Counted from the first letter of the stretch, positions 9,954 through 20,190 are shown. The stretch: 64,000 nucleotides of DNA from an uncultured Gammaproteobacteria bacterium (GCA_963714975.1 CAVQQD010000001.1:96001-160000), one strand, 5' to 3'. The notes: generated from the sequence alone by a model not told the origin. Numbers and translations: made by a program.

Positions 9954-10246
9954 TCACCCATAACCTCTTTGACCATCTTGATAGAGGCGAGTTCGTTTTT
10001 AAAATCTTCCGGATTTCGTATAAATCGGTCGATGTTGTAAACAGAAGCGACGGTGGCCATCCGTTTTGAATTCCTTTTTTCTCCAGGATGGCCCTGAAGC
10101 ATTAACCGCAATAGTTCGCGCCCCTCTTCTTGGAGCAGTTTTTCAAGTTCGGATAGGTTCATGGTTCTAGTATGATGATTTTTTAATGTTTCCGTCAACT
10201 CAGTAAATTTACATTCAGACGCTTCATAATAATTGGTTATTTTTAT
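9950..10246 (-). pseudogene. ISKra4-family transposase remnant; its first 9 codons lie at 12031-12005
   Basis: Motifs EGRELLRLMLQGH and GEKRNSKRMATVASVY; removing 10247-12004 restores MLMQAKAPT-IKITNYY in frame. Confidence 0.72.
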
Positions 10247-10318
10247 CCTCCTGCGCCGTAAAACCCCGTCATTCATGACGAGGATATAAGGCGCACAACC
10301 GCGAAGCGAAGTGAGCGC

Positions 10319-10732
10319 TTAGTGGGGAGAGTTCTGTTGCTCGATATAGTGTCGAATGACAGAGATGGGCGCTCCTCCACAGGAAGCAGCAAAGTAACTG
10401 GGAGACCACAGTACTCCTTTCCAATAACACTGCAGATTTTGAGAGTGTGCTTGGCGAAGGCGACGAGAAGAAACGCCTTTGAGGCTATTGACTAACCGTG
10501 ACAACGATATTTTGGGTGGCTAATTAACCAATAAGTGCACATGGTCACGCTCTCCTTCCATTTCGACCAATGTTGCGTCAAAGTCTTCGCAGGCACTATA
10601 AAATACTTCACTCAAGAGCTCTAGCATGGGTTTTGTAAAAACACATTTGCGATACTTTGTCACAAATACCAAGTGAGCATGTAAATTAAAAACACAATGT
10701 CTGCCGTGTCGGATGTCCATTGAACTATTCAT
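10319..10732 (-). pseudogene. tnpA: Y1 HUH transposase TnpA with an in-frame TAG at 10520-10522
   Basis: Motifs HLVFVTKYR, DHVH, LVN*PPK (normally Tyr), LKGVSSR, LWSPSYF and YIEQQ; the two ORFs are in the same frame. Confidence 0.92.
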
Positions 10733-10758
10733 AGACCAATAGTATATTCATTGGTACT

Positions 10759-11931
10759 ATGAAAATCAAAAAAGCCTATCGTTTTCGCTTAAAATCCAGC
10801 CAAGAGATTGAGCAGCAACTGTCCGCTTATGCAGGACATTGTCGATTTGTATGGAATAAATGTTGCCGCATGAATTTGGAACGCTTGCAACGACAGGAGC
10901 GTATTCTGCGCTATGCAGAATTTGATTTTTGGGTGAAGCAATGGAAGCAATCTGAAGAATATGGTTTTTTGAAAGAATGTCCAGCACATATCGTGCAACA
11001 AAAATTGCGTGATTTAGATCGAGCATTTTCCGATGCATTTGACAAAACGCAGCCAAATAAACGATTACCTCGCTTCAAGAAAAAAGGTCGTCACGATAGT
11101 TTTCGATTTCCGGAGCCGAAGCAAATCGAATTAGAAGGCAACCGTCTGAAATTACCGAAATTAGGTTGGATTCATTTTTACCGAAGCCAGGAGGTCATAG
11201 GGGACATACGAAATGTAACGGTATCACGGCAAGGAAAACATTGGTATATCAGTATCCAAGTACAACAAGACATCTCTTCGCAGTCAACAGCAGTCGATAG
11301 CGTAGGTATAGACGCAGGCATTGCAAAATTCGCGACCCTATCCAATGGTGACACTATAGAATCCTTGAATAGTTTTAGGCAGATAGAAAAAAGATTAGGG
11401 ATAGAACAGCGCAAATTAGCGAAGAAGCAAAAATTTTCTGGGCGATGGAAGAAGCAAGTGGCTCGAGTAGGGGCACTGCATCAAAAAGCATCGAACATGA
11501 GACGAGATTTTTTACACAAGACTACAACCCGCATCAGCAAAAGCCACGCGGTAGTGGTTGTGGAAGATTTGCAAGTAAAAAATATGAGTCGATCCGCATC
11601 GGGAGACTTACAAAATCCCGGGGTGAATGTTGCTGCGAAGTCTGGATTAAACAAGGCGATATTAGACCAGGGCTGGTATGAATTCAGGCGACAATTGGGA
11701 TATAAGCTGACGTGGAATGGAGGGATGTTCATTGAAGTATCACCCCACTATACCAGCCAGCGTTGTTCTCATTGTTTGCATGTTGCCAAGGAAAACCGTC
11801 AGACCCAAAGTGAATTTGTGTGTGTATCGTGCGGATATGCAGCAAATGCTGATTTGAACGCGGCGAAAAATATTTTAGCAGCAGGGCATGCTGTGATGGC
11901 TCGTGGAGCAAGCGCGTTGGGTGCGGCGTAG
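10759..11931 (+). CDS. tnpB: RNA-guided endonuclease TnpB
   Basis: RuvC motifs VGIDAG, VEDL and NADLNAAKNI; zinc finger CSHC...CVSC. Confidence 0.96.
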   Translation: MKIKKAYRFRLKSSQEIEQQLSAYAGHCRFVWNKCCRMNLERLQRQERILRYAEFDFWVKQWKQSEEYGFLKECPAHIVQQKLRDLDRAFSDAFDKTQPNKRLPRFKKKGRHDSFRFPEPKQIELEGNRLKLPKLGWIHFYRSQEVIGDIRNVTVSRQGKHWYISIQVQQDISSQSTAVDSVGIDAGIAKFATLSNGDTIESLNSFRQIEKRLGIEQRKLAKKQKFSGRWKKQVARVGALHQKASNMRRDFLHKTTTRISKSHAVVVVEDLQVKNMSRSASGDLQNPGVNVAAKSGLNKAILDQGWYEFRRQLGYKLTWNGGMFIEVSPHYTSQRCSHCLHVAKENRQTQSEFVCVSCGYAANADLNAAKNILAAGHAVMARGASALGAA

Positions 11932-12004
11932 AAACGAGAACCTCATACTCGTGGCACAGCCACATGTATGGAATCTCCGGCATTTATGCCGGAGAGGATG
12001 TCAA

Positions 12005-12175
12005 TGTTGGAGCTTTGGCTTGCATTAGCATATCCTTTTGGCAGAGGTTAGAAAATAGGGGGATAACTTTAAAAGAGGGAGTAATGTATAGGATTCGTGA
12101 GATTTTTTCGAGCGAAAAATGATCTAAGTCTTTGAATTTTTTAGGTATTGGTGTCGTTCTAAATCAGCCGCACCC
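12005..12175 (-). mobile_element. Left end of the ISKra4-like element (terminus GGGTGCGGCTG, RBS and transposase start)
   Basis: The GGGTGCGGCT terminus abuts a truncated gene at 12176; AAAGGA precedes the ATG at 12031. Confidence 0.6.
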
Positions 12176-12418
12176 TTAGCCAATCAACAATTACTTAGAG
12201 ATTGGATTGAGCTTTACGCCTATCAACCCGTTTTACTCGAAACATTTGTTGATTCTCGTCGCTTTGTAGGAGGATGTTATAAAGCAGCCAATTGGACCTA
12301 TGTAGGTAAAACAACGGGGTGTGGGAAGTTGGATAGAAATCATCAAGCAACTATTCCCGAAAAGAATATTTGGCTATATCCGTTAACAAAAAAATTTAAG
12401 GATATTCTATGTGGCTAG
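12176..12418 (+). pseudogene. DUF4338-family C-terminal fragment (IS passenger gene), followed by a GAATATTTAC IS66-like end at about 12442
   Basis: Manual translation DWIELYAYQPVLLETFVDSRRFVGGCYKAANWTYVGKTTG; not in the ORF track because it has no start codon. Confidence 0.75.
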
Positions 12419-12482
12419 ATGATGGGCGGAACGAATATTTACAGAAAATTATTTGTAATTCATTGATTCCATTGAACATTCC

Positions 12483-12559
12483 TGGTCGGGGTGATAGGAT
12501 TCGAACCTACGGCCTCTGCTTCCCGAAAGCAGCACTCTACCAAGCTGAGCTACACCCCG
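12483..12559 (-). tRNA. tRNA-Pro(CGG)
   Basis: Cloverleaf with acceptor stem CGGGGTG/CACCCCG, anticodon arm CTGCT-TTCGGGA-AGCAG, T-loop TTCGAAT and encoded CCA. Confidence 0.97.
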
Positions 12560-12697
12560 TTGTGACAGTGCCGGAGTTTAATCGATGCCCAAGAGGCTTG
12601 CAATAAAGAAAGGGCTTGTATAATTATTAAACAAATTTTGCAAGTTTCTCCAAAAAATGGTAGGATTACGTGTTTTTAATAGGTTGAGGGGTAATAA

Positions 12698-13360
12698 ATG
12701 CGAATTTTATTGGTAGAAGATGATGAACTTTTGGGCGATGGTGTCCGTATTGGCTTGGTGCAGTATGGATATGTTGTGGACTGGGTCAAAGACGGTCAAG
12801 CGGCTTTACAGGCCATTTTATCCGAGAATTTTGATACCATTGTATTAGATTTAGAGTTACCGAAGCGTTCAGGTCTTGATGTTTTGCGGGCTGCCAGAGC
12901 TAGGAATGTCACTACTCCGGTTTTGATTCTCACGGCGAAAGAATTAGTAGAAGACCGTGTCAGGGGCCTAGATGCTGGGGGCGACGATTATCTCGTCAAG
13001 CCGTTTGATTTTGAGGAATTGTCAGCGCGGATTCGTGCCTTACAGCGTCGATTTGCGTCTCGAGCCGAGCCTATCATTGTTTATGGCAATATTACCTTGG
13101 ATCCAGCTTCTCGTACCGCCTACCTTAATAATGAAACGATTATTTTGTCCCGGCGAGAATTTGCCTTGCTATTCAAGTTATTGGAAAATGTGGGCCGGGT
13201 TCTGTCACGTGAGCAATTAACCCAAACTCTCTACGGCTGGGGAGATGAAATTGATAGTAATGCATTGGAAGTGCATATTCATAACCTACGTAAAAAGTTT
13301 GGCCACAACTTGATACGAACGATCAGGGGCGTTGGTTATGTTGTTGAAAAGGTAAAATGA
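12698..13360 (+). CDS. pmrA: OmpR-family response regulator, PmrA/QseB type
   Basis: MRILLVEDDELLGD...DSNALEVHIHNLRKK...IRTIRGVGY closely resembles Legionellales PmrA. Confidence 0.85.
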   Translation: MRILLVEDDELLGDGVRIGLVQYGYVVDWVKDGQAALQAILSENFDTIVLDLELPKRSGLDVLRAARARNVTTPVLILTAKELVEDRVRGLDAGGDDYLVKPFDFEELSARIRALQRRFASRAEPIIVYGNITLDPASRTAYLNNETIILSRREFALLFKLLENVGRVLSREQLTQTLYGWGDEIDSNALEVHIHNLRKKFGHNLIRTIRGVGYVVEKVK

Positions 13361-14766
13361 CCTCCTCAATTCGAAATTTTCTCATTACCAACTTGCTATT
13401 GAGCGTGATTTTAATCACCTCACTTAGCATGGTTGCTAACTTCTTCATTGAAAATAAAGACCTGCAAAATCATTTGGACCAAAAATTGGTTGAGTCAGCA
13501 TTTGCCATTCAGGCTTTTATGAGTCAAACGCCCCCGCCTGAGGAATTAGAACGCATCCAAAAAAACATCGATAGCCTTTCTACGGTACGATACCCCATAA
13601 AATTGCACAATAAAAGTAACTTCTTCAGTAACACTCAAGAGGAATTTCGATTTCAGGTTAACAATAAATATGGCCAGATAATTTTGCATTCAGCCACTCC
13701 ATTGCCTGCGAGCTTTTCTAGCGTTTTTATTGGGTTATCGCATCGTACCTATAAAGAAAAATCATGGCGAATTTTTGCCACCATCGATCCTATTAGTAAA
13801 GTAAAAATTATCATTGCAGAACAATATGATTTTCGCCGACTGCTTGCAGGACAAATCACCCAGGAATCCATGTTAGTCATGCTGATTAGCTACCCTTTTT
13901 TAGGGATGTTAATTTGGATGATTATTGGCCGTGGCTTGAGTAGTTTGCAGCGGGTATCGGATGAAGTTCGCAGGCGTGCCCCCGATCATTTAGAACCCAT
14001 TGATGTGAACCAAGTACCGATTGAAATTCAAGCGATTGTGGAGGAATGGAACAAGTTGTTTGCTCGGTTAAAAGCGGCGTTTGAACGAGAAAAGCGTTTT
14101 GCGGCTGATGCCGCTCATGAATTAAAGACGCCATTGGCGGCTTTGAAGGCTCACACCCAAGTAGCCTTAAATGCAAAAAATGAAGCGGAACGAGAAGCTG
14201 CGTTGCGAAAAATACTCACCGGGGTAGACAGGAGTGCTCATGTCGTACATCAACTACTGACACTCAGCCGAGTCGGGCAAGGATTAGCCTTAGAACATTC
14301 TATCCGAGTCAATATCGTTCGTCAGGCTAAAGAGGTGATGGCTGAGTTGGCTCCAGAGGCTTTGCAGAAAAATAGTGAAATTGAATTGATTGCCCCGGAA
14401 AAAGAACCTCTGATCCAAGGCCATTCGACAGCAATAGCCATTTTAATTCGAAATTTGGTCGATAATGCGATTCGTTACACGCCAGAAAATAGCCTAGTAC
14501 GCGTGATCATAGAAGAACAAACGGCAGGTGTAGTATTAAAAGTCATTGATAATGGCCCGGGAATCCCGGAGCATTTAAGGCAGCAGGTTTTTGAAAGGTT
14601 TTTTAGGCTATTAGGAAACAAAAGCCCTGGCAGTGGGCTCGGTTTAGGAATCGTGCGACAAATTGCTGAGCTGCATAAGGCGAAAATTTCGCTTGATACC
14701 CCTCCTGGCGGACAAGGATTACAAGTAACCATTATCTTTCCAGTTGAACGTACTGCTTCCTCATGA
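13357..14766 (+). CDS. pmrB: Sensor histidine kinase, PmrB/QseC type
   Basis: Two TM segments, H-box FAADAAHELKTPL, N-box NLVDNAIRY, G-boxes DNGPG and GSGLGL; ATGA overlap with the regulator. Confidence 0.85.
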   Translation: MTSSIRNFLITNLLLSVILITSLSMVANFFIENKDLQNHLDQKLVESAFAIQAFMSQTPPPEELERIQKNIDSLSTVRYPIKLHNKSNFFSNTQEEFRFQVNNKYGQIILHSATPLPASFSSVFIGLSHRTYKEKSWRIFATIDPISKVKIIIAEQYDFRRLLAGQITQESMLVMLISYPFLGMLIWMIIGRGLSSLQRVSDEVRRRAPDHLEPIDVNQVPIEIQAIVEEWNKLFARLKAAFEREKRFAADAAHELKTPLAALKAHTQVALNAKNEAEREAALRKILTGVDRSAHVVHQLLTLSRVGQGLALEHSIRVNIVRQAKEVMAELAPEALQKNSEIELIAPEKEPLIQGHSTAIAILIRNLVDNAIRYTPENSLVRVIIEEQTAGVVLKVIDNGPGIPEHLRQQVFERFFRLLGNKSPGSGLGLGIVRQIAELHKAKISLDTPPGGQGLQVTIIFPVERTASS

Positions 14767-14781
14767 TGTAATCACTTCCCT

Positions 14782-17358
14782 ATGGTTCTAATCACTCCCA
14801 ACCAACGGCTTAGTGCTTATTTTCAAGCTATGCCTGCTTGGGCCGATTTTCACTGCGTCCCAGTGAGTGATTGGGTTACTCAGACTTATCAGAAACTGTA
14901 TCGCAATTCAGGGCAAAAGCTGCCCTGGCTGCTGAGCGACACGCAAAGCTTAATAGTTTGGGAACAGATCATTAGGGATTTTTGGCAACAATCTCCCCAG
15001 GAATTTTCTGTATTCTCTTATCATCAGCTGGCTAATATTGCTTACGAAGCATGGCGCCTGTTACAGCAATGGCAAGTGCCGCTATCACCACTCCTACAAA
15101 TGCCCTCCGAAGAAACCAAGGCCTTCTTAACTTGGGCCCAGGCATTCCAGGATTATTGCCAGCAGCGGCATTATGTCGACAGTAGCCGTTGTGTAGAATA
15201 TCTGCTGACGCAATGTGAAAAGCAGCCAATATTAGGCGCGCAACAGCTCATTGTCGCGGGTTTTGACGAAATTCCTCCGCAAATACAAGCACTATTGTGT
15301 CGCTGTAGCTCGAAAAAACTCCGTTTTTATCAATCTGAGATGCAGACCGACACAGTTCAGCGTGTTGCCTTGCTGGATCTGGAACAAGAGCTGCAAACGA
15401 TGGCAGCCTGGGCTAATCAACAAGTGACCCGCAATCCCCAAGCGCGCATAGGCTGCGTAATACCCCAACTAAGCCTAATTCGCGATAAAGTGCATCGGGC
15501 ATTTAGCAAAGCTATCTCTTCTGAAGCTGGCTTCAATATTTCCGCGGGTGAGTCTTTTGCTGCTTATCCCATGATTGATACTGCCAGGCAAATTTTGCAA
15601 CTAGGGCCAGGAAGAATTTCACTGGAGGAAATCAGCACTTTATTACGTTCGCCTTTTATTGGCGATGCGGAGACGGAAAAAATAGCTCGTGCCCAATGGG
15701 ATGTGGTGTTACGCAAGCGAGCTACTAGCGAGCTAAGCTTGGTTTCTGCCCTGAATTTTGCTGAAAAAACCAGCTCGTGCCCCGAATGGCTAGCTTATGG
15801 GCGCGCTTATCTGGCAAGCTGCGCAGCACTGCCAACTAGGCAATCACCAAGCGAATGGGCTCGACATTTCACAGCTCAACTCGAAAGTTTTGGGTGGCCT
15901 GGGGAACGCTCTTTGACTAGCGATGAATATCAGCAACTGCAACGCTGGCAGGCTTTATTAGAGGAATTTGCTAGCTTTGATCTGGTGCATGACGACATGG
16001 ACCGTGAGCAGGCCTGTTATTATTTAGGTAATTTAACCCAAAATATTTTATTCCAAGCCCAAACGCCACCGGCTCCCATCCAAATACTAGGTGTATTAGA
16101 GGCAGCCGGGATGCTTTTTGATCAGCTTTGGGTGATGGGAATGAACGATCAAACCTGGCCCCAGCCCCCTGCGCCAAATCCATTTATTCCGGTGCACATC
16201 CAGCGTAAGTTTAATATGCCACATGCTTCAGCGCAGCGAGAACTGGATTTTAGTCGCCGTTTAACTGAGCGATTTTGTCATAGTGCCAAGCAGGTGCAGT
16301 TTAGCTATTCGCAATTCGATGGCGATTTGCCGTTAGCGTGCAGTCCTCTCCTGCAGGAGGTTACGGAAGTTGCTGCAGAAGCTATGCTTACCCCTCATCC
16401 GCCTTCGGCACCTTCTCCCACAAGGGGAGAAGGAATAAGGTCGAAGGTTTATGAGGAATCAGCGCCGCCGGTGGTTCCTGGGCAAGTGCCAGGGGGGACG
16501 AATGTATTAAAAGAGCAAGCGGCTTGCCCATTCCGCGCATTTGCCAGAATAAGATTAGGTGCAGCAAAATTGCCGCCGATTAAATCCACCTTACTGCCTC
16601 AAGAGCGAGGGGCTTTGTTGCATGAAATGTTGGATCGGGTATGGGCAGAATTAAAGGATCATAAGACGTTATTGCAGCAGTCTGCTGAAGATTTAGAGTT
16701 GCTCATCGCAAGGGCAGTGGCCAGCGCTTTACGGACTTATAATGCACGAGCGCTAGAGCCACTGCCGCCACAGTTTCAAGCAGTGGAATCGCAACGCTTG
16801 CAAGAGCTGGCGAAAGAATGGCTGGAGCTTGAAAAACAACGCCCACCTTTTCTAGTAATTGCGCGAGAAGCACAGCACGAGGTGGAGCTGGGGCAACTTA
16901 ATTTCAAATTACGCATTGATCGTGTCGATCAGCTGGCGGATGGCAGCCAGATTATTATTGACTATAAAACGGGCCAACCGCGAATTGAAGATTGGTTTGG
17001 TGAAAGACCGGATGATCCGCAGTTACCTCTCTATTGTTTGCAGGATAAAGCAGCTATTGATGGCCTCGTGTTTGCCCAGATTCGAGCGGAAAAGTTATTA
17101 TTTAAGGGCATCAGTGCAGCAGAGATCAGCATCTCAGGGGTGCAAACCATTGCTGAACAACGCATTGATCCTGCGATTACTACTTGGGAAGCCTTTAAAA
17201 ACAGTCAGCATCAAAAGTTGACGCAAATAGCAGCGGAATTTCAAGCGGGAATAGCCCGCGTGGATCCAAAATATCAAGAACAAACCTGCCGACAATGTGA
17301 TTTGCACATGCTGTGTCGGATAGCAGTTCCTTCCCCCACAAGGGGCGTTGTTGAATAA
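14782..17358 (+). CDS. addB: AddB-like double-strand break repair subunit (inactive helicase plus PD-(D/E)XK nuclease, Fe-S cysteines)
   Basis: Motifs ACPFRAFA, RIDRVD, IIDYKTG, QLPLY and CRQCDLHMLC; adjacent to a UvrD-type helicase. Confidence 0.85.
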   Translation: MVLITPNQRLSAYFQAMPAWADFHCVPVSDWVTQTYQKLYRNSGQKLPWLLSDTQSLIVWEQIIRDFWQQSPQEFSVFSYHQLANIAYEAWRLLQQWQVPLSPLLQMPSEETKAFLTWAQAFQDYCQQRHYVDSSRCVEYLLTQCEKQPILGAQQLIVAGFDEIPPQIQALLCRCSSKKLRFYQSEMQTDTVQRVALLDLEQELQTMAAWANQQVTRNPQARIGCVIPQLSLIRDKVHRAFSKAISSEAGFNISAGESFAAYPMIDTARQILQLGPGRISLEEISTLLRSPFIGDAETEKIARAQWDVVLRKRATSELSLVSALNFAEKTSSCPEWLAYGRAYLASCAALPTRQSPSEWARHFTAQLESFGWPGERSLTSDEYQQLQRWQALLEEFASFDLVHDDMDREQACYYLGNLTQNILFQAQTPPAPIQILGVLEAAGMLFDQLWVMGMNDQTWPQPPAPNPFIPVHIQRKFNMPHASAQRELDFSRRLTERFCHSAKQVQFSYSQFDGDLPLACSPLLQEVTEVAAEAMLTPHPPSAPSPTRGEGIRSKVYEESAPPVVPGQVPGGTNVLKEQAACPFRAFARIRLGAAKLPPIKSTLLPQERGALLHEMLDRVWAELKDHKTLLQQSAEDLELLIARAVASALRTYNARALEPLPPQFQAVESQRLQELAKEWLELEKQRPPFLVIAREAQHEVELGQLNFKLRIDRVDQLADGSQIIIDYKTGQPRIEDWFGERPDDPQLPLYCLQDKAAIDGLVFAQIRAEKLLFKGISAAEISISGVQTIAEQRIDPAITTWEAFKNSQHQKLTQIAAEFQAGIARVDPKYQEQTCRQCDLHMLCRIAVPSPTRGVVE
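16390..16438 (-). repeat. Palindromic repeat family A inserted in frame in addB (encodes TPHPPSAPSPTRGEGI)
   Basis: Reverse complement of CCTTCTCCCCTTGTGGGAGAAGGTGCCGAAGGCGGATGAGGGG, seen at 33985, 37713 and 51882. Confidence 0.88.
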
Positions 17359-17383
17359 TTCCCCCACAAGGGGAGAAGGAATA
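17327..17383 (-). repeat. Partial family A repeats forming the addB C-terminus and the intergenic gap
   Basis: Two CCCCCACAAGGGG cores. Confidence 0.75.
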
Positions 17384-17412
17384 GTGCTGGGGTTTATTAG
17401 AGAGAGGGTAAA

Positions 17413-20016
17413 ATGCCAGACTCACAATTACGCCAACGTGCTTTATCTCCCAATGATTCCTTCATTGTGCAAGCTCCCGCGGGCTCAGGTAAAACGGAAT
17501 TGCTAGTGCAGCGTTTTTTAGTGCTGCTGGCCCATGTGAATGATCCAGAAGAAATCTTAGCACTGACCTTTACCCGTAAAGCGGCAGCAGAAATGCGTCA
17601 GCGTATTTTGCGAGCATTAACAGCAGCTGCGTCACATCCCGCGCCTGCTGAACCTCATGCTTATAAAACCTGGCAATTAGCGACAGCTGCTTTAACTCAG
17701 GATCAAAAACAGCAATGGAATTTGCGTCAAAATCCCCATCGGTTACATGTGCAAACTATTGATGCTTTTTGTGCCCGCTTAATTCGACACATGCCTTTGT
17801 TATCAGGTTTGGATAGTAGCATGGCCATTGCGGAAGATGCGGCTGAAATATATTTATTAGCAGCAAAACGATGCTTGGCTAGCTTGGAAGATCAACAACC
17901 TTGGTCAAAAGCCTTGGCAGAGTTAATGTTGCATTTGGATAATCAAATTCCTTTATTGGAGCAATTACTGGTGAGTATGCTTGCCAGGCGCGATCAGTGG
18001 CTACCTTATTTGATTTCACACGCCAAACCTTCTAATCGCACAGAACTCAAGCAGCGCCTTGAGCAAGGCTTGCAACATATTGTCTTAGAGGCTTTGGAGC
18101 AATGTCAGCGTGCCATGCCAAAAGACTGTATGCAGGAAGTGATTGATCTGTTGGAGTTCGCGCAGTCTCATAAACCCTCAACATTATTCCTTCTCCCCTT
18201 GTGGGAGCAGGTGGCCGAAGGCCGGATGAGGGGAGATTTCTGGTCCGCCGTGGCCCATTTATTGCTTACCGAAAAACATACCTGGCGCATTCAAGTTGAC
18301 AAACGCCACGGATTCCCCCCCGAAGCTAAAACAGAAAAAAAACGTTTCGCCGAGTTGTTGCAAAAATTACCTGGCGAAGAATCCTTGCGCATTGCTTTGC
18401 AACAGTTACGTAGTCTACCGCCTATAACCTATAGTGAAGCACAGTGGAAAATTCTGGAGATTTTGTTTGAAGTTTTACCGATTTTAGTCGCGGAGCTTAA
18501 GCTATTATTTGCTGAAAAAAACGTGGTGGATTTCACAGAAATTTCTTTGGCGGCGTTACGTGCCTTGGGCGATCCGGATTCGCCCACTGATTTAGCCCTG
18601 CGACTTGATTATCAATTGCAGCATATTTTAGTTGATGAATTTCAAGATACTTCCAGCACTCAATATCGTTTGCTTGAACAATTAACCAGCGCTTGGCAAC
18701 CCAATGAGGGCCGCAGTCTGTTTGTGGTGGGTGACCCGATGCAATCGATTTATCGCTTCCGGCAAGCCGATGTGGGCTTGTTTTTAAAAGCGCAACAACA
18801 AGGCATCGGACCGATTGCCCTCGAATCCATGCAGTTGCAGGCCAATTTTCGGGCAACTCCGACACTCATTGCCTGGGTCAATACTCAGTTCCAGAAATTA
18901 TTTCCTCTTCAACCTGACATTGCTTTAGGAGCAGCGCCATTTCATGAGTCGATTGCTATGCAGCCCGACTTGGAGGGCTCCAAGGTAAACCTGCATTCTT
19001 GCAAAGATACACATGCTATGGCTGAGTCAATAATCCAGATTATTACTCAACAACTGCATATGGCATCGGAGCAAAGCATTGCGATCTTAGTGCGTTCTCG
19101 TGCGCATTTAGTTGATATCCTCTCTCGATTAAAAACAGCTGAGATAAAATTTCATGCCGTAGAAATGGAATCGCTCATGCAACAACCGGTGGTATTGGAT
19201 TTAATGGCACTCACCGGTGCGCTATTACATTTAGGAGATCGATTAGCCTGGCTCGCCATTTTGCGTGCTCCTTGGTGCGGATTAAATTTGGCTGATTTAC
19301 ATGCGATTGCTGGACAAAATCATGAGCTGCCTTTATGGCAAAGCTTGCAGAATTTTGCGCAAATTGCTGACTTAAGTTCGGAAGGCGCTGAGCGTTTGGC
19401 TCATATAATTCCCACTTTAAATGCGACTCTTGCACAGCAAGGACGATTAAAGTTGCGCGTCTGGATCGAGAATACCTGGGAACAATTAAATGCTCCCGCT
19501 TATTTCACCGCAGCGGAAAAAATCATCGCAAATGCTTATTTTGCTATTTTGGAGGAATTACAGTCGGAATATCCAAAATTAGACTCCACAAAGTTAGCGG
19601 AAAAATTGGCGCAACATCACCTTAGCTCGACAGGTGCTGCGGATTGCAAGTTGTCAGTGATGACAATTCACAAGGCCAAAGGTTTAGAATTCGATACCGT
19701 CATTGTGCCGCACTTGCAGAAACGAAATCGGCCCGATGGAGCACAACTGCTTTTGTGGCTTGACCGCCCCCGCTTGCATGGTCACAACGATTTAATTTTA
19801 GCGCCCATTAAAGCCAAGAAGGCGGAATTTGATCCCATTTATAATTACTTACGAGAAATTGAAAGAGCGAAAACACGTTTAGAGATGACTCGATTACTTT
19901 ATGTCGCAGTAACCCGAGCACGAAAATCCTTGCATTTATTTGCAGAGACCCCGGAAGAGGGCAGCTCGCCCTCGCCGGATAGTTTTTTGTCTCTGCTCCC
20001 CGAATGGGAAAGATGA
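17413..20016 (+). CDS. addA: AddA-like UvrD/RecB helicase, apparently lacking the C-terminal nuclease domain
   Basis: Motifs APAGSGKT, TFTRKAAAEM, DEFQD, VGDPMQSIYRFR, TIHKAKGLEF and YVAVTRA; the ORF ends about 30 aa after motif VI. Confidence 0.85.
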   Translation: MPDSQLRQRALSPNDSFIVQAPAGSGKTELLVQRFLVLLAHVNDPEEILALTFTRKAAAEMRQRILRALTAAASHPAPAEPHAYKTWQLATAALTQDQKQQWNLRQNPHRLHVQTIDAFCARLIRHMPLLSGLDSSMAIAEDAAEIYLLAAKRCLASLEDQQPWSKALAELMLHLDNQIPLLEQLLVSMLARRDQWLPYLISHAKPSNRTELKQRLEQGLQHIVLEALEQCQRAMPKDCMQEVIDLLEFAQSHKPSTLFLLPLWEQVAEGRMRGDFWSAVAHLLLTEKHTWRIQVDKRHGFPPEAKTEKKRFAELLQKLPGEESLRIALQQLRSLPPITYSEAQWKILEILFEVLPILVAELKLLFAEKNVVDFTEISLAALRALGDPDSPTDLALRLDYQLQHILVDEFQDTSSTQYRLLEQLTSAWQPNEGRSLFVVGDPMQSIYRFRQADVGLFLKAQQQGIGPIALESMQLQANFRATPTLIAWVNTQFQKLFPLQPDIALGAAPFHESIAMQPDLEGSKVNLHSCKDTHAMAESIIQIITQQLHMASEQSIAILVRSRAHLVDILSRLKTAEIKFHAVEMESLMQQPVVLDLMALTGALLHLGDRLAWLAILRAPWCGLNLADLHAIAGQNHELPLWQSLQNFAQIADLSSEGAERLAHIIPTLNATLAQQGRLKLRVWIENTWEQLNAPAYFTAAEKIIANAYFAILEELQSEYPKLDSTKLAEKLAQHHLSSTGAADCKLSVMTIHKAKGLEFDTVIVPHLQKRNRPDGAQLLLWLDRPRLHGHNDLILAPIKAKKAEFDPIYNYLREIERAKTRLEMTRLLYVAVTRARKSLHLFAETPEEGSSPSPDSFLSLLPEWER
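18184..18233 (+). repeat. Family A repeat in frame in addA (encodes LFLLPLWEQVAEGRMRG)
   Basis: Near-identical to the intergenic copy at 33985-34037. Confidence 0.88.
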
Positions 20017-20032
20017 ATGATTACCTTATTTT

Positions 20033-20190
20033 GTAACTATTCACCACATTGCCAAGGCTGGCAAAAACAGGCAGCTATGAGCCTAGGTTGAAGTAACGAA
20101 ATTGATGAAAAAGCGGAGTGTACATGTTAGTACATGAGCATTTTTCAGATATTTCGTTGGGAAAGATAGGCCATAGATGCCTGTTTTTAC
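20033..20190. mobile_element. MITE-like element with GTAACTATTCACC end, flanked by the 8-bp direct repeat CTTATTTT
   Basis: Direct repeats at 20025-20032 and 20191-20198; internal palindrome GTACATGTTAGTACATG; GTAA ends with 8-bp TSD are IS66-like. Confidence 0.7.

Larger units (their letters stand above)
10247..12004 (+). mobile_element. IS200/IS605 (IS605-group) element with divergent tnpA/tnpB, inserted 3' of TTTAT with no target duplication
   Basis: Left hairpin GCGCCGTAAAACCCCGTCATTCATGACGAGGATATAAGGCGC; right end TCAA; precise excision rejoins the host ORF. Confidence 0.93.

Noticed and set aside
6488-11931. Possible nuclease-dead TnpB (TldR-like) regulators
   Set aside because: Both full-length TnpBs retain the D-E-D RuvC residues and IS ends.
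12176-12418. Druantia defence system (DruA/DUF4338)
   Set aside because: Only a C-terminal fragment bounded by IS ends, with no other dru genes; DUF4338 is also a common IS passenger.
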